64,000 nucleotides of DNA from assembly GCA_001780035.1 (NCBI GenBank), contig MFEY01000007.1:262343-326342 (forward strand), read 5' to 3'. This DNA is from Candidatus Doudnabacteria bacterium RIFCSPHIGHO2_12_FULL_48_16. Its GTDB lineage: Bacteria; Patescibacteriota; Doudnabacteria; UBA920; O2-02-FULL-48-8. Below are positions 44,112 through 54,927 of this stretch, piece by piece. The notes beneath the pieces were generated by a model. The model saw only the letters and a list, made by a program, of their open reading frames with translations. It was not told where the DNA came from and did no database searches. The position numbers were made by a program, and so were the translations under genes. Each line of letters starts with the position of its first letter. Within the stretch, counting starts at the first letter, position 1.

Positions 44112-44597
44112 TCATAAAATATCCCGGCTGGCGCCAAGGCGGCGAGTGATGACAATGGAAACGAGGAAGGCAGCCAGAAAAAACAGCAAGCCGTAAAAAC
44201 ACGGGGTCAGGAGCGGATTAATCCCGGGCGTGCAGCTTACTGGCACGGCCGGCCCCGGCAACCATTTGAAGTAATCCGCCGTTTCGTAGCCGACTACTGA
44301 GCCGGCAAAGACCACGCCGAACAGCAGGAAGTTGCGCAGCCGCCGTTGGCTCACAAGAGTGGGATGCTGCACCAGGGTAAATGACCAAATAAATGCCGCC
44401 ACAAACGCCAAGGAGCCGTAAAAGCAGGCGGTCAGTATGGGATTGGGCAGGGTGCAATCCCGAAAACGAAAAAGGGTGCCGTAAAGTTCCTGAAAATTTT
44501 GAAACTGGCCGAGCAGACGCGACCAGGCAAAGACCATGCCGCCCAGCAGCAGCACGCCTTGGAGCAATAATAATTTGGGAGTGGATAATTTGAGCAT
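44112..44597 (-). CDS. membrane protein with internally duplicated C-x9-C...CFYG motifs (possible thiol-disulfide function)
   Basis: 161 aa with 4 TM helices. DCTLPNPILTACFYGSLAF and SCTPGINPLLTPCFYGLLFF repeats. Confidence 0.5.
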   Translation of the reverse strand: MLKLSTPKLLLLQGVLLLGGMVFAWSRLLGQFQNFQELYGTLFRFRDCTLPNPILTACFYGSLAFVAAFIWSFTLVQHPTLVSQRRLRNFLLFGVVFAGSVVGYETADYFKWLPGPAVPVSCTPGINPLLTPCFYGLLFFLAAFLVSIVITRRLGASRDIL

Positions 44598-44616
44598 AAT
44601 TTAAATTAAGAGGGGT

Positions 44617-44643
44617 GGAGCTGCGTCAGCGAGACGCAGCTCC
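44617..44643. repeat. perfect 11-bp hairpin GGAGCTGCGTC-agcga-GACGCAGCTCC between two minus-strand genes, no U-tract
   Basis: Seen in sequence. Confidence 0.5.
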
Positions 44644-44653
44644 GAAAAAGCCA

Positions 44654-44905
44654 TCAATCGCGATCTTCCCGAGCGCAGAGCACTTCGTCCGCGGCCGCGC
44701 ACTCCTCGGCCAGGGAACAGGAAAAGCCCGCGCCACCGGTGCCGAACACGGGGCAACCGACGCCGACGTGCACTGAACGGGTCAACAGTTCGTCGACCGG
44801 CACTTCCCGGAACTCCTGGCCGGGAACCACGCTTTGCTCCGCATCATCGATCATTGGGGCCGAGAGCTGCCGGTGAATTTGAGTTCGAACCTTCGCTGGT
44901 GCCAT
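44654..44905 (-). CDS. small Cys-rich hypothetical protein (83 aa, four Cys)
   Basis: Start ATG at 44905 with a GGAGG RBS. The upstream part of the track ORF (to 45073) overlaps the rpoC terminator and stop and is rejected. Confidence 0.45.
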   Translation of the reverse strand: MAPAKVRTQIHRQLSAPMIDDAEQSVVPGQEFREVPVDELLTRSVHVGVGCPVFGTGGAGFSCSLAEECAAADEVLCAREDRD

Positions 44906-44977
44906 ACCAAACCTCCGTCCGAGTTGACTAACCGACCAATTCGCGACCTTAGTATAAACCCGATCTGGCGCTCGGTC

Positions 44978-45008
44978 AAAACAAAAAGCGCCCGGAAATT
45001 CCGGGCGC
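44978..45008 (-). terminator. rho-independent terminator immediately after rpoC (GCGCCCGG-aaatt-CCGGGCGC + T-run)
   Basis: Seen in sequence. Confidence 0.65.
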
Positions 45009-45026
45009 CTGATTCTTGATTCTTTT

Positions 45027-48000
45027 TTAGACTTGATCCGCCAGTTCGGCTGCGGCTTTTTCGGCCAGGGCATCCTTGCGGAACCCCGTGCCGGCTGGGA
45101 TCAATTTACCAATGATCACGTTTTCCTTGAGCCCGCGCAAATAATCGGTTTTGGCGCTGATCGCCGCTTCGATCAAAACCCGGGTGGTTTCTTGGAAAGA
45201 GGCTGCGGCCAGGAAGGATTCGGTGTTGAGGGAGGATTTGGTAATGCCCATGAGCAACTGCTCGGCTTCGGCCGGCCGGCCGTGGGGCGGAATTTTGGCA
45301 TTGGCCGTGGCCAGGCGCGACTTGTCGACAATATCGCCGAGGAGCAAATCGGAATCGCCGGATTCGGTTAAGCGGACCTTGCTGAACATCTGGCGGACAA
45401 TGATTTCAATATGTTTTTCGTTGACGTTTTGGCCCTGGGACGAATAAATTTCCTGCACGTCTTTGATAATGTAGTCCTGGCAGGCTTCGATGCCCTTAAG
45501 CGCAAGGATCTGGCCGAGGTTTAAGTTACCTTCCGTCAGCGGTTGACCCTTGGCCACGAGGTCGCCTTCCTTGATCAAAACACTAAAGCCGGCTGGGGAG
45601 GAATATTCCTTCAGATTCTCGGCTTCGCGCACCACGGTCAGTTTGTTCGCCGAGAGCTTAACGATGCCGGCGGCTTTCGCTTTGACGGTCTGGCCTTTGG
45701 CGTCGGTAAACAGCGGATCGCCTTCGTCGACTTGTTCGCCGTCCTTTAACTGCAGCTTGGGCGAATCGAGCAGGTATTCATCCTTGGCCACGTCTTTGGC
45801 CTGGATGCGGATCAGGGTTTCTTTCGAGCCGGATTTGATCGATTCGACAAAGCCGTCAATTTCGGAGAGCACGGCTTGGCCTTTTGGTTCGCGCGCTTCC
45901 AGCAATTCCTCGACACGCGGCAAACCTTGAGTGATGTCGATGCCCGCCACACCGCCGGTATGGAAAGTTCGCATGGTCAGCTGCGTGCCCGGCTCGCCAA
46001 TGGCCTGGGCGGCCACGATGCCGACAGCCGCGCCTTCGGACACGGGTTTGTTGAAGCCCAGATCATAACCATAGCACTTGCCGCAAATGCCGCGGGTTAA
46101 GCTGCAGCGCAACACGGTGCGCACTTCCACTTCCGTGGCCGTGGATTTTTCAATCTTTTGAGCGAGTTGTTCGTCGATCAGTTCCCCGGCTTTGGCCAAG
46201 GTTTTGGCCCCATCTTTGACCTCGGCCGCCAGGACCCGGCCGAATACGCGGCGCGCCAAGGGGCGGCCGAGAGCTTCGGAAGAGGCGCGGGTGATAATGC
46301 GGCCGAGGGTGACGCCGCAATCTTCGGTGTTGACCACGATATCTTGCGCCACGTCCACTAGGCGGCGGGTCAGATAACCGGCGTCAGCCGTACGCAGAGC
46401 GGTGTCCGTCATACCTTTGCGGGAGCCGTGCGTGGAAATAAAGTATTCCAAAATGTTTAAACCTTCTTTGAACGAATCGCGGGCGGGAAGTTCGATAACT
46501 TCCCCGGCCGGGTTGGTGACCAGGCCCTTCATGCCGGCCATTTGGGCCAGCTGCGAGATCGAGCCGCGGGCGCCGGACGTGACCATCTGGTAAACCGAGC
46601 CGTGCTCGTCTAGAGTTTTGGTCACCGCTTCCGCCACGCGGTCGCGGACCGTGGCCCAAATTTCAATCACGCGGTTGTAGCGCTCGCGGTCGGTCAACAG
46701 GCCCATGCGGTATTGTTCGTAAGTCTGCAGCACTTCCTTGTCCGCCTGCTCCACCAGTTCCTTCTTGATTTTTGGCACCTGCAAATCGTCCATGCCCCAG
46801 GACAGGCCGGATTTGGTCACGTAGTGGAAGCCCAGCGTCTTGATTTCGTCGAGCAGGACGGCAGTGCGCTCGATGCCGTGTTCGCGGTAAACCGATTGCA
46901 GGGCCGAGGCCAATTTTTTCTTGTCCATGACATCGTTGATAAAACGGGAGGATTCCGGCAGGACCTGGTTGAACATAACGCGGCCGAGACAGGTTTCGGT
47001 CAGGCCTAAATTGCCCCAATCCTGGCCCAGGCGGATCCGCACTTTCGCTTTCAGGGTCACGACGCCGGATTGGTAAGCCAAAATCGCTTCGTCAGCGCTG
47101 CCAAAAACCATACCTTCGCCTTTTTCGCCCGGCTTGTAGCGGGTCATCCAGAAACACCCGAGGACCATATCCTTGGTCGGCCCCATGACCGGTTCGCCGG
47201 AAGCCGGCTTGAGCAGGTTGCGGGCCGATAACATGATGTTGCGCGCTTCGTCTTGAGCAGCTTCGGTTAGGGAAACGTGGACAGCCATTTGGTCGCCGTC
47301 AAAGTCAGCGTTATACGCGTCGCAAACCATGGGGTGGATCTGAATGGCTTTGCCTTCGATCAAAACCGGCAGGAAGGCCTGGAAGCCCAAACGATGCAGG
47401 GTCGGGGCCCGGTTTAAGAGGACATAGTGACCCTTAGTCACTTCTTCCAAAATATCGTAAACTTCACTCTTGCCCTGTTCGATCAGGCGGTTGGCCGAGC
47501 GGACGTTGTGGGCGAATTCGCGCTGGATGAGCTTGGAAATGACAAATGGCTTGAACAGCTCGAGCGCCATTTTTTTCGGCAACCCGCACTGATGCAGTTT
47601 GAGTTTCGGGCCGACCACGATCACTGAACGGCCGGAGTAGTCGACGCGCTTGCCCAGCAAGTTTTGCCGGAACCGACCCTGTTTGCCCTTCAACATGTCC
47701 GCCAGGGAGCGCAGTTTGCGCTTTTGGCCGGTCGAGGCCGTGACTTCTTTGCCATGGCGGATGGAATTATCAATCAGGGCATCCACCGCTTCCTGCAGCA
47801 TGCGTTTTTCGTTGCGGGTGATGACTTCCGGCGCGCCGATTTCCAGCAGTTTCTTTAAGCGGTTGTTGCGGTTGATGACGCGGCGATAGAGGTCGTTTAA
47901 GTCCGAAGCAGCAAACCGGCCGCCGTCTAACTGCACCATCGGGCGCAGATCTGGCGGGATGACCGGCAGATTAGTGATGATCATCCATTCCGGCCGAATG

Positions 48001-48902
48001 CCGGAGCGGATCATGGAGCGGACCAGCTTGAGGCGCTTGATGATTTTGCGCTTATTGATGCCTTCGGCCGTGGCGGATTCTTCCTTTAACTGTTCAAATA
48101 GCTTTTCTAAATCAATCTCTTCCACCAGGTGCATGACGGCGGCAGCGCCGATTCCGGCTTCGAACACGGGCCCGTATTTGAGGGACAGGTCGCGGTATTC
48201 CAATTCGGAAATGACCTGGTATTTTTTGATTGACTTGAGTTCGCTGCGGGCCAAATCCCGGATGGATTCAAGGTGGTCGGTTTCCTTGCTCCAGAGGTCG
48301 CGGATGCGCATGGTTTCGGCATCTTCGGTCGCGTCCTTGAGATCCTTGTCCCCTTCCACTTGCTTGGCCAGCTTCTGCTTGGCCTGATTGATTAGGTTTT
48401 CGTAGCGGGCATTGATTTCTTTTTGCTTACCTTTGAATTCCTTTTCAATTTGCTCGAGCGTAGCGGCGCGGGAGTCATCGTCAACCGAAGTGATAATGTA
48501 AGCGGCAAAGTAGGCGACTTTCTCCAGTTCCTGCACCGAGAGATCCAAAATCAAACCGAGGCGCGACGGCACGCCGCGCAAAAACCAGATATGGGTAACC
48601 GGCGCGGCCAGCTTGATATGGCCCATGCGCTCGCGGCGAACCGCGGCGCGGGTGACTTCCACTCCGCACTTGTCGCAAATGATGCCTTTGTAGCGGATGC
48701 GCTTGTATTTGCCGCAGTAGCATTCCCAATCTTTGATCGGGCCGAAAATTTTCTCGTCAAACAGCCCGTCTTTCTCCGGCCGCTGGGTGCGGTAGTTGAT
48801 GGTTTCCGGCTTGGTCACTTCGCCGTATGACCAGTTCAAAATATCGGCGGGGGAGGCCAGGCGCAAACGGACGGCTTTGAATTCTTCGGTGGCTTGAATC
48901 AT
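45027..48902 (-). CDS. rpoC: DNA-directed RNA polymerase subunit beta'
   Basis: Start MIQATEEFKAVRLRLASPADILNWSYGEVTKPETINYRT. NADFDGD catalytic motif. The track ORF has a spurious 40-aa upstream extension into rpoB. Confidence 0.95.
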   Translation of the reverse strand: MIQATEEFKAVRLRLASPADILNWSYGEVTKPETINYRTQRPEKDGLFDEKIFGPIKDWECYCGKYKRIRYKGIICDKCGVEVTRAAVRRERMGHIKLAAPVTHIWFLRGVPSRLGLILDLSVQELEKVAYFAAYIITSVDDDSRAATLEQIEKEFKGKQKEINARYENLINQAKQKLAKQVEGDKDLKDATEDAETMRIRDLWSKETDHLESIRDLARSELKSIKKYQVISELEYRDLSLKYGPVFEAGIGAAAVMHLVEEIDLEKLFEQLKEESATAEGINKRKIIKRLKLVRSMIRSGIRPEWMIITNLPVIPPDLRPMVQLDGGRFAASDLNDLYRRVINRNNRLKKLLEIGAPEVITRNEKRMLQEAVDALIDNSIRHGKEVTASTGQKRKLRSLADMLKGKQGRFRQNLLGKRVDYSGRSVIVVGPKLKLHQCGLPKKMALELFKPFVISKLIQREFAHNVRSANRLIEQGKSEVYDILEEVTKGHYVLLNRAPTLHRLGFQAFLPVLIEGKAIQIHPMVCDAYNADFDGDQMAVHVSLTEAAQDEARNIMLSARNLLKPASGEPVMGPTKDMVLGCFWMTRYKPGEKGEGMVFGSADEAILAYQSGVVTLKAKVRIRLGQDWGNLGLTETCLGRVMFNQVLPESSRFINDVMDKKKLASALQSVYREHGIERTAVLLDEIKTLGFHYVTKSGLSWGMDDLQVPKIKKELVEQADKEVLQTYEQYRMGLLTDRERYNRVIEIWATVRDRVAEAVTKTLDEHGSVYQMVTSGARGSISQLAQMAGMKGLVTNPAGEVIELPARDSFKEGLNILEYFISTHGSRKGMTDTALRTADAGYLTRRLVDVAQDIVVNTEDCGVTLGRIITRASSEALGRPLARRVFGRVLAAEVKDGAKTLAKAGELIDEQLAQKIEKSTATEVEVRTVLRCSLTRGICGKCYGYDLGFNKPVSEGAAVGIVAAQAIGEPGTQLTMRTFHTGGVAGIDITQGLPRVEELLEAREPKGQAVLSEIDGFVESIKSGSKETLIRIQAKDVAKDEYLLDSPKLQLKDGEQVDEGDPLFTDAKGQTVKAKAAGIVKLSANKLTVVREAENLKEYSSPAGFSVLIKEGDLVAKGQPLTEGNLNLGQILALKGIEACQDYIIKDVQEIYSSQGQNVNEKHIEIIVRQMFSKVRLTESGDSDLLLGDIVDKSRLATANAKIPPHGRPAEAEQLLMGITKSSLNTESFLAAASFQETTRVLIEAAISAKTDYLRGLKENVIIGKLIPAGTGFRKDALAEKAAAELADQV

Positions 48903-48906
48903 ATGA

Positions 48907-51900
48907 TTATTTTTTAGCTTTCTTCTTCTTTGGCTTATCGTCCAGCTTGAGTTCCGCCTCGTCGCGCACGTCCGTGGTGGCCAACTCCTGGATTTCGCCG
49001 GCCCCGGTCGGGGCGGCTTCATCCGTGGCCAGTTTTTCGCCGATCAGTTCGACGTTCAGGCCCAGGGATTGCAATTCCTTGACCAAGACGCGGAACGATT
49101 CCGGGACGTTGGGCTTTTTGATCGGTTCACCTTTGACAATCGATTCGTAAGTTTTGGCGCGACCGACCACGTCGTCGGATTTGATGGTCAGCATTTCCTG
49201 CAGGGTGTGCGCGGCGCCGTAGCCTTCCAAGGCCCAAACTTCCATTTCGCCAAAGCGCTGGCCGCCAAACTGAGCTTTGCCGCCCAAGGGCTGCTGGGTA
49301 ATCAGCGAGTAAGGGCCGGTGGAGCGGGCATGCATTTTATCGTCGACCAAGTGGTGCAATTTGAGCATATAAATAACGCCGACCGTGACGCGCTCGACGA
49401 ATTGGTCGCCGGATTTGCCGTCATAGAGGACGACTTTGCCGTCTTCCGGAAAACCGGCTTTTTTAAGTTCGGCGCGGATCGTTTCTTCCGGCACGCCGTC
49501 GAGCGGCGGGGTGGCGACGTTGTAGCCGAGCTTTTTGGCCGCCAGGCCCAGATGGGTTTCCAAAATTTGGCCGATGTTCATGCGGCTGGCCACACCCAAC
49601 GGGTTCAAAATAATATCCATCGGGGTGCCATCAGCCATAAACGGCATGTTTTCCACGGGAATAATCTGAGAAATGACGCCCTTGTTCCCGTGCCGGCCGG
49701 CCATTTTGTCGCCGACTTGAATTTTGCGCAGGACCGCCACGGAAACCTGGATCGATTTGATGACGCCGGACGGCAATTTGTCGCCTTGTTCGCGGGAGAA
49801 CTCGCGGATGTGCACGACTTTGCCATATTCGCCGTGCGGCAGGGTCAGAGAGGTGTCTTTGACGTCGCGGGATTTTTCGCCGAAGATGACGCGCAGCAGT
49901 TTTTCTTCCGCCGTCAGGTCGGTTTCGCCCTTGGGCGTGATCTTGCCGACCAGAATGTCGCCGGCTTTGACCTGAGCGCCGATGCGGATGACGCCGTTTT
50001 CATCCAAGTCCTTCAATTTTTCTTCACCGACGTTCGGAATGTCGCGAGTGATGATTTCCGGACCGAGCTTGGTGTCGCGGATATCCACTTTAAAATCTTC
50101 AATGTGAATTGAGGAGTAACGATCTTCTTCCACGACGCGGGAAGAAATCAAAATCGCGTCTTCGTAGTTGCCGCCCTCCCAGGAAACAAACGCCACCAGC
50201 AGGTTCTGGCCGAGGGCCAGTTCCGCGTTTTGGATGGCGGCACCGTCTGCGATCGGCTGGCCGGCTTTGATATCCTGGCCTTTTTTCACGATCGGGTGCT
50301 GGTTAATTGAAGTCGAGGTGTTGGAGCGGACAAATTTAAGCAAGGGATATTCGCGCTTCTTGCCGTTCTTTTCGGCAATGACGATTTTGTCCCCGGTGAC
50401 CGAAGTGACTACGCCGTCGTTTTCGGCAATGGCGACCTGGCCCGAATCATAGGCGGCCTTGGCTTCCACGCCCGTGCCGATGACCGGCGCATCCGGCTTG
50501 ATGCAGGAAACCGCCTGACGTTGCATGTTTGAGCCCATCAGGGCGCGGTTGGCGTCGTCGTGTTCGAGAAACGGAATTAGGGATGTGGTGACGGAAATAA
50601 TCTGCTTGGGAGAAACTTCCACGTAGTCGATTTCCGCTGTTTCGGCAATCGACGGCTCGCCGTGGACGCGAACCGAGGTTCGCTCTTCCATAAAATAGCC
50701 GTGCTCGTCCATCTGGGCCGAAGCCTGGGCGATAATCGTAAACTGTTCTTCGTAGGCGTCAAGATAAACGATTTCGTCTGTGACTTGGCGGCGGCCGGAT
50801 TTATCCTTCACAGCTTTGCGGTATGGGGTTTCGATAAAACCAAAGTCATTGATCCGGGCATAACTGGCCAAATGCGCCACCAGACCGATATTCGGGCCTT
50901 CCGGCGTGGTAATCGGGCAGAGGCGGCCGTAGTGGGAGCGGTGCACGTCGCGGACTTCAAATCCAGCGCGTTCGCGCGAGAGGCCGCCGGGGCCCATGGC
51001 AGAGAGACGGCGCTTGTGCTCGAGTTCAGCCAGCGGATTGGTCTGGTCCATAAACTGGGACAGCTGGGAGGAGGAGAAAAATTCCTGAATGACGGCGACA
51101 ATCGGGCGGACGTGAATTAGCTGAGCCGGGGTCACGGTTTCGATGTCGGCCAAGGACATGCGGTCTTTGGCAATGCGGCTCATGCGGGCCAAGCCGATGC
51201 GGAATTTGCCCTGAATCAACTCGCCGACCGATTTGACGCGGCGGTTGGAGAGATGGTCGATATCATCCCAAGCTCCTTGGGAATTGTTGAGGCGGATGAC
51301 TTCGCGGACAATGTCAGTTAAGTCACTCTTGGTTAGGACGCGGTCCGCGCGGTCCTTAATATTCAAACGCTGATTCAATTTGTAACGGCCGACCTCGGAG
51401 AGATCATAGCGGTCGGCATTAAAAAACATGGCTTCGATCAGGGAGCGGGCGTTATCGACGGTGGCCAGATCACCCGGGCGGATTCTTTTGTAAACTTCCT
51501 TAAAGCCTTCGTCCGCAGTTTTGGACGGATCTTTTTCCAAAGTGTTCTGCATGTAGCGCATGTCGGGGTTGGTGTCGACATCGGCGACGGCGGCGAGCAT
51601 CTCTTCGTCGGAGGTAAATTTAAACACGCGCATCAGGGCGCTGATCGGAATGCGGCGCTTGCGGTCGATCTTGACGCTGATGATGCCGTTGATGTCAGTT
51701 TCGAGTTCCAGCCAGGCCCCGCGGTTGGGGATGATCTTGGCCCCATACCAGTTGCGGCCGCGCACGGATTCGCCGCTAAAAAATACGCCTGGCGATTTCA
51801 CTAACTGGGAAACCACCACGCGCTCCACACCATTGATGACAAATGTGCCCCGGGGGGTCATGAGCGGAAAATCACCAAGGTAGACGTCCTGAGTCTTGGT

Positions 51901-52248
51901 CTTGCCGGTAACCTTATTGACGAGCTTAACCGAAACATAGAGCGGCGCTTCGAAGGTCGTATTCCGGTCTTTGGCCGTCTTTTCGTCGTATTTGGGCTTA
52001 TCCAGGTAATAATCCCCAAAAAACAGCTCCAGATTCTTGCCGGTGAAGTCTTTGATCGAGTTAATCTCCTGCACCAGCTCTTTGAGACCCTTTTCCCAAA
52101 ACCATTTGTAAGAACGGATCTGAGCTTCGATCAAATTGGGCATATCAAGCACATCATGTTGACCGGTAAAGAACTTCCGGTTAACTTTTATTGCTTTATG
52201 AGGCATGAAATTAAGGCTAAGATTAGCCATTTTTTCTTTTGGAGACAT
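48907..52248 (-). CDS. rpoB: DNA-directed RNA polymerase subunit beta
   Basis: Start probably the ATG at 52248 ([10 protein letters not shown]...), which has a GAGGG RBS. The track start (52275) is a GTG. Typical rpoB motifs throughout. Confidence 0.95.
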   Translation of the reverse strand: MSPKEKMANLSLNFMPHKAIKVNRKFFTGQHDVLDMPNLIEAQIRSYKWFWEKGLKELVQEINSIKDFTGKNLELFFGDYYLDKPKYDEKTAKDRNTTFEAPLYVSVKLVNKVTGKTKTQDVYLGDFPLMTPRGTFVINGVERVVVSQLVKSPGVFFSGESVRGRNWYGAKIIPNRGAWLELETDINGIISVKIDRKRRIPISALMRVFKFTSDEEMLAAVADVDTNPDMRYMQNTLEKDPSKTADEGFKEVYKRIRPGDLATVDNARSLIEAMFFNADRYDLSEVGRYKLNQRLNIKDRADRVLTKSDLTDIVREVIRLNNSQGAWDDIDHLSNRRVKSVGELIQGKFRIGLARMSRIAKDRMSLADIETVTPAQLIHVRPIVAVIQEFFSSSQLSQFMDQTNPLAELEHKRRLSAMGPGGLSRERAGFEVRDVHRSHYGRLCPITTPEGPNIGLVAHLASYARINDFGFIETPYRKAVKDKSGRRQVTDEIVYLDAYEEQFTIIAQASAQMDEHGYFMEERTSVRVHGEPSIAETAEIDYVEVSPKQIISVTTSLIPFLEHDDANRALMGSNMQRQAVSCIKPDAPVIGTGVEAKAAYDSGQVAIAENDGVVTSVTGDKIVIAEKNGKKREYPLLKFVRSNTSTSINQHPIVKKGQDIKAGQPIADGAAIQNAELALGQNLLVAFVSWEGGNYEDAILISSRVVEEDRYSSIHIEDFKVDIRDTKLGPEIITRDIPNVGEEKLKDLDENGVIRIGAQVKAGDILVGKITPKGETDLTAEEKLLRVIFGEKSRDVKDTSLTLPHGEYGKVVHIREFSREQGDKLPSGVIKSIQVSVAVLRKIQVGDKMAGRHGNKGVISQIIPVENMPFMADGTPMDIILNPLGVASRMNIGQILETHLGLAAKKLGYNVATPPLDGVPEETIRAELKKAGFPEDGKVVLYDGKSGDQFVERVTVGVIYMLKLHHLVDDKMHARSTGPYSLITQQPLGGKAQFGGQRFGEMEVWALEGYGAAHTLQEMLTIKSDDVVGRAKTYESIVKGEPIKKPNVPESFRVLVKELQSLGLNVELIGEKLATDEAAPTGAGEIQELATTDVRDEAELKLDDKPKKKKAKK

Positions 52249-52275
52249 AAAATAATCCCTCTTTTTCGCATACAC

Positions 52276-52297
52276 AAAAAAGAGCCGCGTTGGCTAT
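52276..52297 (-). terminator. terminator/attenuator hairpin AGCC-aacgc-GGCT + T-run just upstream of rpoB
   Basis: Downstream of tsaB-like, upstream of the rpoB RBS. Confidence 0.4.
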
Positions 52298-52324
52298 ACG
52301 TTTATTAAATTAGATATCACATAT

Positions 52325-52681
52325 CTATTTTACTTGACCCTCAAAACTTGTCAAGTAAGCCTTGCGCGGGGGCGTAATTTTGATCGGTTGGCTGTAACTT
52401 GGCGCGATTGTTTTTTGATCGAGATTCAGGGCGAAAGCGAGGGCATTGGCTGTGGCCACCGCAGTTCGAAGCCGGGAAAAATGCCCCTCCCCGGTCGTAG
52501 CCGTGATTTGCTTAAGTTGGCTGAGCTTAACTTTGTGGCGGCTAAGGAATTTTTTAATCTCCGGAACCAAGACTTCCGACAGATTGTGATCGGTTTTAAA
52601 ACTATGAGCAATCACTTTGCTGTTTTGGCTTAGCTGGAGCGTCACCGCCTCGGGATTTTGGGTATCAATCGATAAAATCAT
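52325..52681 (-). CDS. tsaB: TsaB/YeaZ-like protein (short form)
   Basis: MILSIDTQNPEAVTLQL... resembles the YeaZ N-terminus. The start is adjacent to the upstream stop. Confidence 0.5.
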   Translation of the reverse strand: MILSIDTQNPEAVTLQLSQNSKVIAHSFKTDHNLSEVLVPEIKKFLSRHKVKLSQLKQITATTGEGHFSRLRTAVATANALAFALNLDQKTIAPSYSQPIKITPPRKAYLTSFEGQVK

Positions 52682-52682
52682 A

Positions 52683-53255
52683 TTAAGACGCCTCGGTCCA
52701 TTTGCTGGCGCGCTTTTGGCGATCATTGGCCCGGATCAATTTCACAACTTTGTCCACTAATTTTTTGGGGTCGCTGTCAAAAACAATCCGTTTGCGGCCA
52801 CGACGCGCCAACTTTAAGATATTCTCGATATCTCCTTCGATGCCGCCGGTGCCGGTAAGAACTCCGACCACGCGCTTGTCTTCAAAGGCCGTGGTAAATT
52901 CATTCAAAGTGCCGATCCGGCCGCAGATCGTGATCACGGCATCCGAAGCTCTGGTCATCAGCATGTTGCGGCCCGAATAATCAAAGCCGGTATAGATAAT
53001 CAAATCCATATACCGGGTGGGCAGGCGGTAAGTGTGCATGTGGGCTTGCTTGGATACGGCTGGCGAAAGCCCGATCGACACGCCCCCGGCTGATTTGGCG
53101 CCCCGGGTCGCCCACTCGGGCACGCCGATGGTCGCGCCAGTGATCAAAACGCAACCATGCAGAGCAATCTGGCGGCCCACTTCATAGGATTTTTTAAATG
53201 CCCCTTTGGTGCAATTGTTACTGGCTGACCCGGAGACAGCGATTTTATACTGCAT
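52683..53255 (-). CDS. LOG/TIGR00725-family Rossmann-fold nucleotide-binding protein
   Basis: 190 aa. ...ICGRIGTLNEFT... (GGxGTxxE-like) and ...LITGATIGV.... Confidence 0.55.
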   Translation of the reverse strand: MQYKIAVSGSASNNCTKGAFKKSYEVGRQIALHGCVLITGATIGVPEWATRGAKSAGGVSIGLSPAVSKQAHMHTYRLPTRYMDLIIYTGFDYSGRNMLMTRASDAVITICGRIGTLNEFTTAFEDKRVVGVLTGTGGIEGDIENILKLARRGRKRIVFDSDPKKLVDKVVKLIRANDRQKRASKWTEAS

Positions 53256-53319
53256 AAAAATTATTTATTACGGATTGCGTATTACGAATTAATCCGTAAT
53301 ACGAAATTCGTTAATCTGT

Positions 53320-54255
53320 TTAATTGCTTAATAGCTTGCGCGCCAATCTAGCATTCTTGTAAATATTATACCAAATTGGCGAGTAAATTAAATCATAAGC
53401 TCCGGGGTAGCTAACCATGAAGCCGCCAAAACCTTTCTTAAACCGGCTGATCCCGGCCCAGGCGTGTTTGGGCTCATTGTCCGCCGCAATGCCGCCAAAA
53501 TCGTAAAATTTACCGCCCGAGAGTTTGGCCCGGCGAATCGCTTCCCAATGCAGCAAATAGGGGGCCATCGCCTCTTTCAGGCGCTGCGATGAACCGCCGT
53601 GCAAGTAAGTGGTCGTGCCGCCATAGACAGACAGCAGGACGCCGGCCAGGATCTGGCCGTCGTAGTCAGCGAGCATTAATTTCAGATGCTCGGGCGCGAG
53701 ATGATCCCACATCTGGAGGTAGTAATTCTGCGAGTGCAGCCGATAGCGGTTGCGGCTGGCGGTTTCGAGCATGAGTTTGTAAAATTCCAGCAGGTCCGCC
53801 TGACTGCCTTCTCGAATGACCACTCCCTTGCGGCCGGCGAGGTTGATATTGTAGCGGGTCTTGGGCTTCATCCCGATCAAAATTTCCTCTTCCGATTTAT
53901 CCAGCGCCAGCATCCAGTTGTCTTTTGGCTGGGTTTCCTTGGCCGCTGGCGGCAAGTCCATTTTTTGCAGCGGCTCGATGCGCGAAAAAATTATGTCGTG
54001 GTCGGTTTCAAACTTTTTGAGATCCACCAAAGCGCTCGCACAGTTGCCTAAGGGCCCGCGCGGGCAGTAAATATATTTTTTATTCATGACCAAATCTGTT
54101 TCGACAGCCAGACAAATAAAATCTTGGTCCGAAAGTCGGTGAGTTTTTTGCCCGGTGGCTTGTTGAAACTGACCCCAAGCCCAGGATTGCAAAATCGACC
54201 CGCCCAGGTCGATCACTTTTTTATCCCAGGATTCTTGGGTCAACGGAGAAATCAT
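53320..54255 (-). CDS. FemAB-family peptidoglycan bridge-forming aminoacyltransferase
   Basis: 311 aa with FemABX-like composition (...YDFGGI..., ...YGGTTTYLHGGSS...). Confidence 0.6.
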   Translation of the reverse strand: MISPLTQESWDKKVIDLGGSILQSWAWGQFQQATGQKTHRLSDQDFICLAVETDLVMNKKYIYCPRGPLGNCASALVDLKKFETDHDIIFSRIEPLQKMDLPPAAKETQPKDNWMLALDKSEEEILIGMKPKTRYNINLAGRKGVVIREGSQADLLEFYKLMLETASRNRYRLHSQNYYLQMWDHLAPEHLKLMLADYDGQILAGVLLSVYGGTTTYLHGGSSQRLKEAMAPYLLHWEAIRRAKLSGGKFYDFGGIAADNEPKHAWAGISRFKKGFGGFMVSYPGAYDLIYSPIWYNIYKNARLARKLLSN

Positions 54256-54257
54256 AA

Positions 54258-54824
54258 TTATTTATTCAAATTCTTCAAAGCCATCTTAATCTTATCCTGC
54301 AAATTTTTGACAGTCACCGGCACGGCTTTCAGAGCGTCGCGGGCCTGCTGCTGGTTGTAGCCGAGAGCGATCAGGGCGTCCATGGCGTCGGAGTGTTCGC
54401 GCGCCACCGGCATGGAAGTTTTCTCATCCTTTAATTTTTCCTTAAGCTCGACAATCACCCGTTCTGCGGTTTTGCGGCCGATGCCGGAAACCTTGGTAAA
54501 AACCGACGGATCTTCCGAGACAATGGCCGATTTAATCATATCCAAGGAAGCCAACGACATGATGCCGAGCGCGGATTTGGGCCCGACGCCGGAGACGGTC
54601 AGCAGCAGCTCGAAAAACTCGAGCTCCGGCAGCGACGGGAAACCATAGAGGGAAATCTGATCCTCGCGAACATAAGTCAAAATAACCAAAGCCAGTTCCT
54701 GGTTGAGCTTGGCGGCGAGCAACACCGGCGGGGTCACAAACACTTTGTAGCCCACGCCATTGGTCTCTACGATGAGATAATTGCCAGCCTTGTGGCTGAC
54801 TTGGCCTTTGATTGATCCGATCAT
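54258..54824 (-). CDS. ruvA: Holliday junction DNA helicase RuvA
   Basis: 188 aa. MIGSIKGQV...VETNGVGYKVFVTP, HhH motifs. Confidence 0.85.
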   Translation of the reverse strand: MIGSIKGQVSHKAGNYLIVETNGVGYKVFVTPPVLLAAKLNQELALVILTYVREDQISLYGFPSLPELEFFELLLTVSGVGPKSALGIMSLASLDMIKSAIVSEDPSVFTKVSGIGRKTAERVIVELKEKLKDEKTSMPVAREHSDAMDALIALGYNQQQARDALKAVPVTVKNLQDKIKMALKNLNK

Positions 54825-54927
54825 GATCTAATTATACCTGCGGCTCTATACAGGCGCAATAACTTTCTGCTAAAATATAATTTGGCTATTTTAAAGCATT
54901 CGACAGCAGCCCAAAAGAAAAAATCTT

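Noticed and set aside
44906-45073. Upstream part of ORF 44654..45073, including an HTH-like stretch (VANWSVSQLGRRFG)
   Set aside because: This segment overlaps the rpoC stop codon and a strong rho-independent terminator (44978-45008). The first start with an RBS (GGAGG) is the ATG at 44905.
48903-49022. 40-aa N-terminal extension of rpoC in the ORF track (MKPPRPGP...)
   Set aside because: It overlaps the 3' end of rpoB. The canonical beta' N-terminus (MIQATEEF...LASP..WSYGEV) starts at the ATG at 48902, 4 nt after the rpoB stop.
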